A DNA stretch of 64,000 nt, from NCBI GenBank assembly GCA_033763315.1, contig JANRKS010000001.1:64001-128000 (forward strand), in the 5' to 3' direction. This DNA is from Deltaproteobacteria bacterium (lineage in GTDB: Bacteria > Myxococcota_A > Polyangia > Fen-1088). Below the pieces are notes generated by a model. It saw only the letters and a program-made list of their open reading frames with translations. It was not told where the DNA came from and searched no databases. This document shows, one piece after another, positions 39,534-48,055 of the stretch (within the stretch, counting starts at the first letter, position 1; each line of letters begins with the position of its first letter). Both the position numbers and the translations under genes were made by a program.

Positions 39534-39550
39534 TGCAGCGGCCGTGCCAA
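39534..39550 (-). promoter_or_regulatory. Sigma54 (-24/-12) promoter of pilA
   Basis: Minus strand TTGGCAC-GGCCG-CTGCA matches TGGCAC-N5-TTGCA with exact GG-N10-GC spacing. Confidence 0.75.
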
Positions 39551-39980
39551 ACGAATGAAAGCGCCAACAACTGCCCCTGTGTATTCGGCAAGTCTTTGAA
39601 AGGCTTGAGAACGGGAGTTTTGCTGGGTGCCAACGGAGCAAAAAAGTCCAACGAACGGGCACAAAGCAAGGCCTTCAACTGACGATTTTGGGCACAGCCC
39701 GCGGCTCGTTGGACGGGTTACGTCCATGGCGTCCCCGTTTGAACCGGCTTTTGACCCGTCTTTGCTGCGATTGAGGGGCGGCCTAATCAATCTTAAGTAC
39801 TTTGGGCCGCATTCAAGCGCGAAGGCAGTGACTGAAAATGTCAGCGTGAACAACTTGGCGCTGGTCAAAAGATTGACGCCGCTAGGTGGAAGATGCCCCC
39901 AGTGCGCCTGCCGAAGCTTCAGGCTCAAGCCGCTGAGCCACGGATGGCAAACGCGCGGCGGCGCTCACAAACGAGCGCTG

Positions 39981-40619
39981 CTACTTGCCTTCGTTCCACT
40001 CCCGCAGCACGGGCGAGTTGTGCGTCACGGCCATCACGTGGTTGTCATTGGGCAAGCCAGCAGCCCCATCGAAGTTGCACGCGGCGATGGCATAGAACCA
40101 GGGCAAAGGGATAGCGGCGGCGCCAAGTAGGCGAACGCCGAAAGTCGCGCCAACGGGCAACACGGTGTTGGCCGGCCCTGAATTGAGTAAGTAGGTACAA
40201 AACAGTTCGGTCCGCCGGGGGCGCATGCCGATGCTTCTCCACGCCACAGGCCACAAGGCCCCGTTGGCAATTGACGTTGCAACGTTGCGAGAGAAGAATG
40301 CGGCGTCGTTGGGCGCGATGGGATAAAACGCTGCGTTGGCTTCGTCTATCGTGGTGTCGCCGTTTGGCAGCCGCAGCGGCAGATAGGCGCCGAACTCGCT
40401 GAAGTAGACCATTTCTTTGGCGCTCATCTCGGCGAGCATGCCCACCGCCTCCGTGCGGCGCGCACGCGCGATCCACTTGCCGTAACCATAGGTGCCGAGC
40501 GTCGCCAAAATCGCGATGATCACCACCACAACCATCAACTCGATGAGCGAGAAACCGCCTTCCAACCGGCGGACAGAGTGAAAGGGGCGGCGTGGGCGGG
40601 GCGCTTGAGACGAATGCAT
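39981..40619 (-). CDS. Type IV pilin-like protein (probable minor pilin)
   Basis: G|FSLIELMVVVVIIAILA, RARRTEA and ACNFDG near the C-terminus. Confidence 0.88.
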   Translation of the reverse strand: MHSSQAPRPRRPFHSVRRLEGGFSLIELMVVVVIIAILATLGTYGYGKWIARARRTEAVGMLAEMSAKEMVYFSEFGAYLPLRLPNGDTTIDEANAAFYPIAPNDAAFFSRNVATSIANGALWPVAWRSIGMRPRRTELFCTYLLNSGPANTVLPVGATFGVRLLGAAAIPLPWFYAIAACNFDGAAGLPNDNHVMAVTHNSPVLREWNEGK

Positions 40620-40692
40620 GACTCTTCCAGCGATGGCCATCGGCAGAACCAACCACGAACTGGAACCTTGATATGATACATGGCCCGTGGCG

Positions 40693-43056
40693 CTACGGGC
40701 GCTTGATCCACCGGGGGGCGCCCATTGTCAGGAAAAGGAGAACCAAGCCGGCGGCCGCGCTGGCCCACACACCCTCAATCATTTCTGGCGCGTTGAACTG
40801 CATCGTGACGGTGTGTGTACCCGCGGGTAGGGCGACGGCTCGCATCACAAGGTTGGCCTGAAGGACGGGCGTTGGCTCTCCATCGATCGTCGCCGTCCAA
40901 CCTTTATGAAACTGCTCGACGAAGACGGCAAAGCCATCCCGGGGCGCAGAACAGGTGGCACTAAGGCTGTTTGTGCTGAAGCGGTCCACCCGGCAGGCGT
41001 GCGCCGGCTCTGGTGAGGACGGTACGAGGGCATCTTTGCGTGCTGGTGAAAGCCATACCCTTTCACCACGAAGCACGTCCTCATCAAAGATGTGTTCCCG
41101 AGCTTGAGCCGGATTGTCGTAAGTCGCTGCAAATGCGACATACGCACGCGGAAGAACGTTGTCTATTTTGTAAAGCCGCGCCAGGGGCGTCGGCTCGGCC
41201 ACGACAATGAGTTTCGCGCTCTTGGCGAGTTCATCCCATTGGGGCAAACGTGGGGCAAGCAGGTAGTCGCATGAAAGCAACCTTTGCTTTGCAACCACTT
41301 GTCGGCGTCCTCGCTCCGACAGGTCCACAAATGTGGCAGGTACGGCGGCGTCGTAGCCGGCCACAGACGAGACGCCGAACACAGTCGAGGTATTGTCGGC
41401 CAACGTTTGTGTCGATTGAAACTCCACGTCCGCTGCCTCGCGAGCGCCCATTCGCAGGGCAAACAAAGGTTCAAGTTGCTTCGACCGAAACAGCCGAGGG
41501 TGGCCCGCGCCGTGGTTGCGCGCGTAATCGTCCGAGATGATGGTTGCGAGGGCAGGTTTGGTGTTCAAAATTTCGGGAGGCGCAAACCGTTGGATGGGCC
41601 AAACGGCCACGGCCAGGTCAATGGTCAACAGCGTCATGATGGCGGCCCTCAGCAGCTGTGGCCGGCTGTGAAGCGCCCAAATCGCCGTAGGCATGAGCGC
41701 GAACGCGAGCGCGCCTGACAACACGCCGGGACGAAAGTACTTCACCACGGGCGGTGGCATGAGCCAGGGACAAACCGCGGCCAAGCTCGCAAGCACCAGC
41801 ACAGGCAAGGCGGCGCGAACAAACGTCGGCCGTTGCCGAAGCAGCTCCGTGGCCCCGAGGCAAACAAGAAGCGCCACCGCCGGCACAAAGACAATCAGAT
41901 ACTTTTCTGGATAACGAAGGAAAGCAAAAGGTGGCACGGCGCTGCGGAAGAGCTGGTGCAGTGGCGTAAACCTGCCCATGGCTATCATGAGGGTGAGGAT
42001 CGCGCAGACGCCCAAGGCGCCCGCCAAACGTCGACGGCGGCCGAAAGCAAACAACGCCAAACTAAGCGCCCCCGCTCCTGCGTATGCGCTATCGGTCAAA
42101 GGCCGATTGGATAGCAACTCATCACCCACCACCAATTCGCCAGGGTAGTCGTCGAAGGGATCGCCGAAGACGCCGGGGGACGCCAACTCGACCAGGCGCC
42201 AAGGGTGAAAGGAGCCGACCTCGGCCACCTCACGTGGAAGCCGCGCACCGCGAGGTGTGTCGCTTGAACCAGAAATCGCGGGCCATAGCGTGGCTGCGCC
42301 GCCTGCCACTCCCAACAACAACGCACACGCCATCGCCACACCACGAACCACGAACGCTTTGCCGCTGCGTCGATTGAACTCAACGTGTTCTCTTGGGGCG
42401 GCGGTGCTTTGCATCCGAAGGGCCACGCAGACCGCCAAGCCGAATCCGACGGCCATCATTGAAACGAAAACCTCACCGAGGCACAGCGACATCATCAGCG
42501 GCCACGCAGCGTTCGCGACGAGCCTTGCCGAAGGCTTGGGGCTTTGTGCAAGGCCTACCATCCCATGCGCGCACCACGGAACCCAGGCGGCCGCGTTCAA
42601 CAAAACGCCGGCCGTCCACCACGACGTTGTGGAGCCACAAAGCGCCCACGTCAGCGCGCCCAGCGCTGCCGCAAAGGGTGAAACGCCGCATCGACGGGCG
42701 AGGCACAACATGCCCAGGGCGCCCCAAATCAAGTGAAGGAAGCCCACAACGGTCGTTGCGGTGACTGTGGAACCGAGCAAATACAGCCAATTTCCTGGAT
42801 AGAATAAGCCGTACAGCGGGTCGCTCCCCACGGCGAACCCCAGCCCGACTTCAGGGTTCCACAAGGGAAACTCGCCGTGAAGCAACGTTCGCTTAACGAA
42901 GTGGCGGGCGGGGTAAATCCAGCGCGACAGATCGCGGAAAAACAGCACGCGACCCGCAAATATGGGGGCGTACACACAAGAGCAGATGACGACAATGAGG
43001 GCAGCGACGGCGCCCCAAGGGTGGTCTGTTAAGCGCTTCTTCAGGTCGATGAGCAT
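40693..43056 (-). CDS. YfhO-family GT-C glycosyltransferase (second paralog)
   Basis: FRD after TM1, PLWNP..G.G, YPGN, RYPEK, GYDA, LPRA and GWTATIDG...VMRAV.LPAGTHTV. Confidence 0.88.
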   Translation of the reverse strand: MLIDLKKRLTDHPWGAVAALIVVICSCVYAPIFAGRVLFFRDLSRWIYPARHFVKRTLLHGEFPLWNPEVGLGFAVGSDPLYGLFYPGNWLYLLGSTVTATTVVGFLHLIWGALGMLCLARRCGVSPFAAALGALTWALCGSTTSWWTAGVLLNAAAWVPWCAHGMVGLAQSPKPSARLVANAAWPLMMSLCLGEVFVSMMAVGFGLAVCVALRMQSTAAPREHVEFNRRSGKAFVVRGVAMACALLLGVAGGAATLWPAISGSSDTPRGARLPREVAEVGSFHPWRLVELASPGVFGDPFDDYPGELVVGDELLSNRPLTDSAYAGAGALSLALFAFGRRRRLAGALGVCAILTLMIAMGRFTPLHQLFRSAVPPFAFLRYPEKYLIVFVPAVALLVCLGATELLRQRPTFVRAALPVLVLASLAAVCPWLMPPPVVKYFRPGVLSGALAFALMPTAIWALHSRPQLLRAAIMTLLTIDLAVAVWPIQRFAPPEILNTKPALATIISDDYARNHGAGHPRLFRSKQLEPLFALRMGAREAADVEFQSTQTLADNTSTVFGVSSVAGYDAAVPATFVDLSERGRRQVVAKQRLLSCDYLLAPRLPQWDELAKSAKLIVVAEPTPLARLYKIDNVLPRAYVAFAATYDNPAQAREHIFDEDVLRGERVWLSPARKDALVPSSPEPAHACRVDRFSTNSLSATCSAPRDGFAVFVEQFHKGWTATIDGEPTPVLQANLVMRAVALPAGTHTVTMQFNAPEMIEGVWASAAAGLVLLFLTMGAPRWIKRP

Positions 43057-43231
43057 CGCTGGCGTACGTGAGCACAATACGTCGCTCCGATGCGCGCGGT
43101 CGAATACTCAGGTGAGAAGCGTGCACAGAGGCGCGAGCTAAGGGTGGGCGAAGGTGGGCTGAAGATAATGCGGTTGACGGCGCTGTGCTGCGGCGAGGGC
43201 AATTGATATAGTGCGCGCCGGAGGCAGCCCA

Positions 43232-44029
43232 GTGGCGAAAATATCTCGAATTGCTTTGGTCAGCGTGATTTCAACCTTGCCGGTCTCTCCGGTTGTGGCG
43301 CAAGAGGCAGGGGCGCCCACGCCCACCGCCGAGGCGGCCGCGGCGCCTCCACCGGCGGCGTATGGGCAGCAGTTTGGTCTTTCGATGCGCGGGCGTTATG
43401 TCACCGTGCCCAGTTGGTTTCTTGGTTTGTTCTCTAAAGAGAATTCCCCGCTGCACACCGCAGGCTTTCTCATCGAAGGCTTCCGTCGCAAAGACAACTT
43501 CGACATCGCTGTGGGCCTTGGCTACCAGAACATGTCGCCGCCCGACGGCAACTGGTTGGGCCGTGGCAAGGATCCGGCCGCCGATACCGACTTTGTGCAA
43601 GTTAAAGGTATGAGCCTCATCAGCTTAGATGTGAATTTCACGTGGAATGCGTGGGTAAACGAGTACCTGGGCTTTTATTACGGCGCGGGCTTGGGCTTGG
43701 GCATCCTGACGGGCAAGGTGCTGCGCACGTCGGCCGCCAACTGCAATTCTTCCAACGTGGGCGATGAAACCCAGTGCAAGCCGAAGGTGTGTCAGGGCAC
43801 CACGTGCACCGAAGCTGAACTAGCCGCGTCCGAAGGTGGCCGCGACAACGGCCCAGATAATCCTCACCGCTTCAAAGAAGGATCGATCCCCGGCGCTTTG
43901 CCGATCGTGAATTTGATGGCGGGCGTGAACCTGCGCTTTCCCGAAGCGCCGGGGCTTGAACTGCGCTTGCTTGAAGGCGGTTTTCACAACGCCTTCTTCT
44001 TGGGTTCAAGCGTCGCCTACTTGTTCTAA
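43232..44029 (+). CDS. Exported hypothetical protein, probable small outer-membrane beta-barrel
   Basis: Signal peptide, amphipathic strands, YYGAGLGLG, C-terminal Phe (VAYLF). GGAGG SD lies before GTG 43232. Confidence 0.65.
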   Translation: MAKISRIALVSVISTLPVSPVVAQEAGAPTPTAEAAAAPPPAAYGQQFGLSMRGRYVTVPSWFLGLFSKENSPLHTAGFLIEGFRRKDNFDIAVGLGYQNMSPPDGNWLGRGKDPAADTDFVQVKGMSLISLDVNFTWNAWVNEYLGFYYGAGLGLGILTGKVLRTSAANCNSSNVGDETQCKPKVCQGTTCTEAELAASEGGRDNGPDNPHRFKEGSIPGALPIVNLMAGVNLRFPEAPGLELRLLEGGFHNAFFLGSSVAYLF

Positions 44030-44165
44030 GCCAAGCCAACGTCTGCCCCTTGCCGAGCCCCTCTATCGACAGGGGGCTTGTCTGCGTTTGCGCGCGCGCT
44101 ACACTCTGAACGTAGGTTCAGTTTTTGAATCCGTCAGTCGATCTGTTGGTCAAAGGAGTGATCCC

Positions 44166-44633
44166 ATGGCCCGCGCGGCAACCGTTCAAATGACTTTTCC
44201 GCGGTTTGAGTCACCAGGGGTTGGTACCCAGGGCGCCCCGTCTGTGCAACCAAGCAATCCGGTGGCGCAGGGACCCCCATTTCGCGCGAAGGCTCGCCCT
44301 TCGCCCCGCTCACCAACCAGCACAAACGCAAGGGCCAATGATGTGGATGAACGCGACGATGAGTTAGAAAAGGCGCGCCACGCCTTAGAGAAGATGAAGG
44401 AGAAGAAGCGGGTCAAGGCACTCAAGATGGAGCTGGCGCTCGCTGAATCGGAAAAGCAAACCGAGTCTTTGCTGGCGGAGCAGGAACAGGCGCATGAACG
44501 TGTTGAACACGACGCGCAATTGGAAGAGTTGCTTCGCCTCCGCAAAGCCGGTGTGCCCGTGCAAGAGGCGCTGGCGCGCATCGAAGGCAATCGCAAGCCC
44601 GCCAAAGCTGTAAATAACCGCGACATCGATTAG
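44166..44633 (+). CDS. Hypothetical coiled-coil protein
   Basis: AAGGAG SD before ATG 44166. Disordered N-terminus and an E/K-rich helical C-terminus. Confidence 0.6.
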   Translation: MARAATVQMTFPRFESPGVGTQGAPSVQPSNPVAQGPPFRAKARPSPRSPTSTNARANDVDERDDELEKARHALEKMKEKKRVKALKMELALAESEKQTESLLAEQEQAHERVEHDAQLEELLRLRKAGVPVQEALARIEGNRKPAKAVNNRDID

Positions 44634-44642
44634 TCTGCGCCC

Positions 44643-45536
44643 ATGTCCAAACGCCATGCCGGCCGCACGCGCCCGGCGTCTGCGCAAACTGACATCCGCT
44701 TAGAGGTCGCCGCGCACGAGCGTGAGGCCAACGCCGCTGGCCGCGCGCATTGGGATCTTTACAGTGAACACCGCGCGCAAGTGACGCGCTTGATTGTAAG
44801 CCGAAGCGCCGCCGTGAAGGACGCCCGCGTGGCCTTGCTGGGCGCTGGCAATTGCAACGATGTGGATCTGCAACAGATCCTCCCTCACGTGGCGCAGGTT
44901 CACTTGGTGGACATTGACATGCAGGCGATCAATGGGGCGCGTGCACGGTTGAACGAAACACAACGGGCACAAGTGAAGCTGCATGCGCCAGTGGACCTCA
45001 GCGGCCTGCTGGCCACGTGGCAGCAGGCGCGCCCGCTCCTGCCGGCTTTTGCTGAGGTGGACGCGTGGGCCGCGCAGGGCGCCACGTCTGTTGCGGCCGC
45101 CGTGCCCGAGTTCTTCGATTTGGTTGTCTCGTGCTGCGTGCTCACCCAAATGTCGTGGGGTCTGCGCCAAAGCTTAGGGCCCGATCATCCACTGCAAATG
45201 CAGGCACGCGAGGCCTTGGTGGCAGCACATTTGCGGTCACTGGCGGCGCTGGCGCCCACGGGCAAAGCCCTGCTGGTGAGCGACATGATCTCAACCGAAT
45301 ACCATCCGCTCGACGATTTGCCTGCCGGCACCAATTTGCAAGCGTTGATGGATCGGTTGGTGGCCGAACAGAACTTCTACCAAGGCGCCAACCCGCCGCT
45401 CGTGCGGCGCTTGCTGCGTCGGGATCCGTGGCTGGCGCCGCGGGTAAAGCAGCAAACGTGGCTGCCGCCGTGGTTGTGGCACGGTCCGCAAGACCGCACT
45501 TATCTCGTTTACGCGCTTGAGTTGACGTTCGCTTAG
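44643..45536 (+). CDS. Class I SAM-dependent methyltransferase-like protein
   Basis: ALLGAGNCND, HLVDID, FDLVVS. Confidence 0.65.
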   Translation: MSKRHAGRTRPASAQTDIRLEVAAHEREANAAGRAHWDLYSEHRAQVTRLIVSRSAAVKDARVALLGAGNCNDVDLQQILPHVAQVHLVDIDMQAINGARARLNETQRAQVKLHAPVDLSGLLATWQQARPLLPAFAEVDAWAAQGATSVAAAVPEFFDLVVSCCVLTQMSWGLRQSLGPDHPLQMQAREALVAAHLRSLAALAPTGKALLVSDMISTEYHPLDDLPAGTNLQALMDRLVAEQNFYQGANPPLVRRLLRRDPWLAPRVKQQTWLPPWLWHGPQDRTYLVYALELTFA

Positions 45537-47875
45537 CGGCGCGTGCGTTTGCGTGCGGTGCGGGCCACCAACGCCACGGCGAACAGCAGCCCAAAGGCCC
45601 AGCCGCGCGGTGAGCCACCCGCGATCGACTCAGGCTGCAAGAAGCAGCCGCCGCCCGGACTGCTGTCGCACGCATCGCCCTTGCCATCGTTGTCGCGATC
45701 GCGTTGGCGCGAGTTTGTGAGTGTGGGGCAGTTGTCGCACAGGTTTGCGGTTCCGTCTTGATCGAAGTCTTCACACGCATCGCCCACACCGTTGCCATCA
45801 GCGTCTTCTTGCGAAGGGTTGTATTCCTTGGGGCAGTTGTCTTCGGTGTTGATGAACCCATCGGGTTTCGGTGTGCCATCACAGCTTATGTCTGTGTCGC
45901 CGAGATCCTCCACTTTGACGTGCGCAAACCGAATGAACTCGATGTCCACGTCAAACGCTTGCGCTGTCGACGGCACAAAAGAGAATCCCGTGAAGTCACG
46001 GTTGATGAATTCGGGCACTTTGGAAAGATCTGCCGAATACGTGTGAAACTTGCCGTCCGGGATCAAGAAGCTTGCCGGGTCTGAAGGCACGCGAATGGCG
46101 GGACCATTGGCCAGTTGCAAAATCGCGGCGCTGTTCGCGGCCTCTCCGGCGGGTAAGCGCAATCGCACCGCGAACGAATTGATGGCACCCGGATGATTCT
46201 GATCACCTTTGATGCGAATGGGCGGCTGGTTTGCGTGTGGCGTGAACACCAACGCGCCGTCTGCGCCAGGCGTTTGCACCACGCGCGCAAACGTGGTGAT
46301 GATCGGCGAGCCGGGCGTAGGCAAAGGCCCGGGAAACTGCACGGCCATGTTTGGCGTTGGCACAAACGTCTGTTGGTCATCGCTGGGTTGGCCGAATTCC
46401 CAATACGCGGAATCGTCTTCCAAAGTGTCTGCGGTGGTGACCATGCGACCTCGGTAGCTGGTCAGCATGTAGTAATACGCATTCCACGCGCGTCGCCAGC
46501 GCAGCATGTAATTGATTTGCTGCTGTGTTTTTTCAGGATCATTCGGCTTCGTGACCACCACCCACAACATGCGATGCACGTGTGACGCCTCGGCAAAGTT
46601 CGGGCTGCGTTCGCCCTCGGCCGCCACCAAGGCGCGCACGGGATCCAATTGACGATCGCTTTCCGTAAACGGAGGCGCGCCGGGGCTGGGTGCGCCTTTG
46701 ACCAGGATCGGCACCGATGGCAGTTGGCCAAACGATTCGGCGATCCCTGCGAATGAACGACGATAGATTTCGATCAGTTTATCGTTTTGGACCTCGATGC
46801 TCGACAGGTTCGAGTAGTCCGTGATCGGCTTCAGTTCGGAAGAGGGCATCAAGCCCATCAGGTAAAGCTCGATGGGATGAAAACGCGAAAGGCTGGTGCC
46901 CTGGAAAGGGGGCGAGGCCAACCAAAACTCACTTGGAAACGTGGTTTCCGCGAGGCCATCGCCATTGAGGCGCCAACGGTTGCCACCCATCAGCGAAGCA
47001 TCGAAGGAGTAAAGCGAATTCCAGATGCGTGCCCCCGCCCCCTCCAGGCTAGGTTTGAAGCTTGGCTTGACCGCCACGCTTGAGCGCCGCGGTGGATCTG
47101 CGGGGGGCGACGCGCCCTTTAGCTCTTCAGCGCGCAAGAAGCGATCGTCGATGCCCCGTTCAATGTAAGGGCCAAATATCTGGCCCACCGCCGCGGCCAA
47201 GGCGGCAAAGCCGTTGGCAAAGCCGCTAAAGCAAATCGCGTCCTCGTCGCACTCTGGGTAAACCTCGCCATACCCTAGGACGCCCGCGGGATCGGGCTCG
47301 GGCCACTTTGTGAGCCCTGCGGGTGGTGGCAGGTCCGGCACGATGAAGTTGCCGAAGTTGGTGGTGCTGCCGCCCGCGATGTAGCCGATGAAAGGGTAGC
47401 TGCCACGCTTGCGCACGCTCAGCCCAATGCCATCCACTTCATTGACGCCGTCGGCACGAAAAAACGCCGGTCCCAAACCGCCACGCGAGCCATCCACTTT
47501 TTTCTCTGCGGGGAAATCAGCGCCAAAGATGCTGAAGGTGTCCCATTGGGTTTTGGCAAACCCTTGGCTTAACAGGCTTTGTGCCACAAGGCGTGCGGCC
47601 GTTGGGTAATTCAGATCGGTGCAAATGGGCTTCTGTTTGCCCGCCACAAGATCAAGCTGGCAACCCTTCGCGATGGTTTCGCGCAGGATTTCGCCACCGG
47701 TGCTTTCCGTTTCGACGATTGTTGACCCGTCCAAAATATAGATCTCATCCCTGAAGCAGTTGACCGTTTTGGTCTCAGTGCACAGCAGTGCTTCGGGCAC
47801 GGCCGCGTGAACCGGCGGCGCGAGGGGCGCCAGGGTGAGCATCGCAACGGGAACCAAAAGCCTTCGCTTAGACAT
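45533..47875 (-). CDS. Surface protein with thrombospondin type 3 repeats and MYXO-CTERM-like tail
   Basis: Signal peptide, DNCP...Q.D.D.DG.GDAC repeats, and a GGGC-linker-TM-RKRTRR C-terminus. Confidence 0.8.
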   Translation of the reverse strand: MSKRRLLVPVAMLTLAPLAPPVHAAVPEALLCTETKTVNCFRDEIYILDGSTIVETESTGGEILRETIAKGCQLDLVAGKQKPICTDLNYPTAARLVAQSLLSQGFAKTQWDTFSIFGADFPAEKKVDGSRGGLGPAFFRADGVNEVDGIGLSVRKRGSYPFIGYIAGGSTTNFGNFIVPDLPPPAGLTKWPEPDPAGVLGYGEVYPECDEDAICFSGFANGFAALAAAVGQIFGPYIERGIDDRFLRAEELKGASPPADPPRRSSVAVKPSFKPSLEGAGARIWNSLYSFDASLMGGNRWRLNGDGLAETTFPSEFWLASPPFQGTSLSRFHPIELYLMGLMPSSELKPITDYSNLSSIEVQNDKLIEIYRRSFAGIAESFGQLPSVPILVKGAPSPGAPPFTESDRQLDPVRALVAAEGERSPNFAEASHVHRMLWVVVTKPNDPEKTQQQINYMLRWRRAWNAYYYMLTSYRGRMVTTADTLEDDSAYWEFGQPSDDQQTFVPTPNMAVQFPGPLPTPGSPIITTFARVVQTPGADGALVFTPHANQPPIRIKGDQNHPGAINSFAVRLRLPAGEAANSAAILQLANGPAIRVPSDPASFLIPDGKFHTYSADLSKVPEFINRDFTGFSFVPSTAQAFDVDIEFIRFAHVKVEDLGDTDISCDGTPKPDGFINTEDNCPKEYNPSQEDADGNGVGDACEDFDQDGTANLCDNCPTLTNSRQRDRDNDGKGDACDSSPGGGCFLQPESIAGGSPRGWAFGLLFAVALVARTARKRTRR

Positions 47876-48055
47876 TCGCAATCGCCTGGCGGGGTGAAAA
47901 ACGGCGCGGCCTCGCCAACCGACGGGCCGCCCCAACGACGCTAGGCTACCACAACACCCTTGTGGCTCGTGCCTCACAATTGACCGGCGGCGCAGGTCCG
48001 TTTCCCCTGTGGGCGGCTTGCTGTTGCGGCCCACAATCATTATCGTCGCGGGCCC

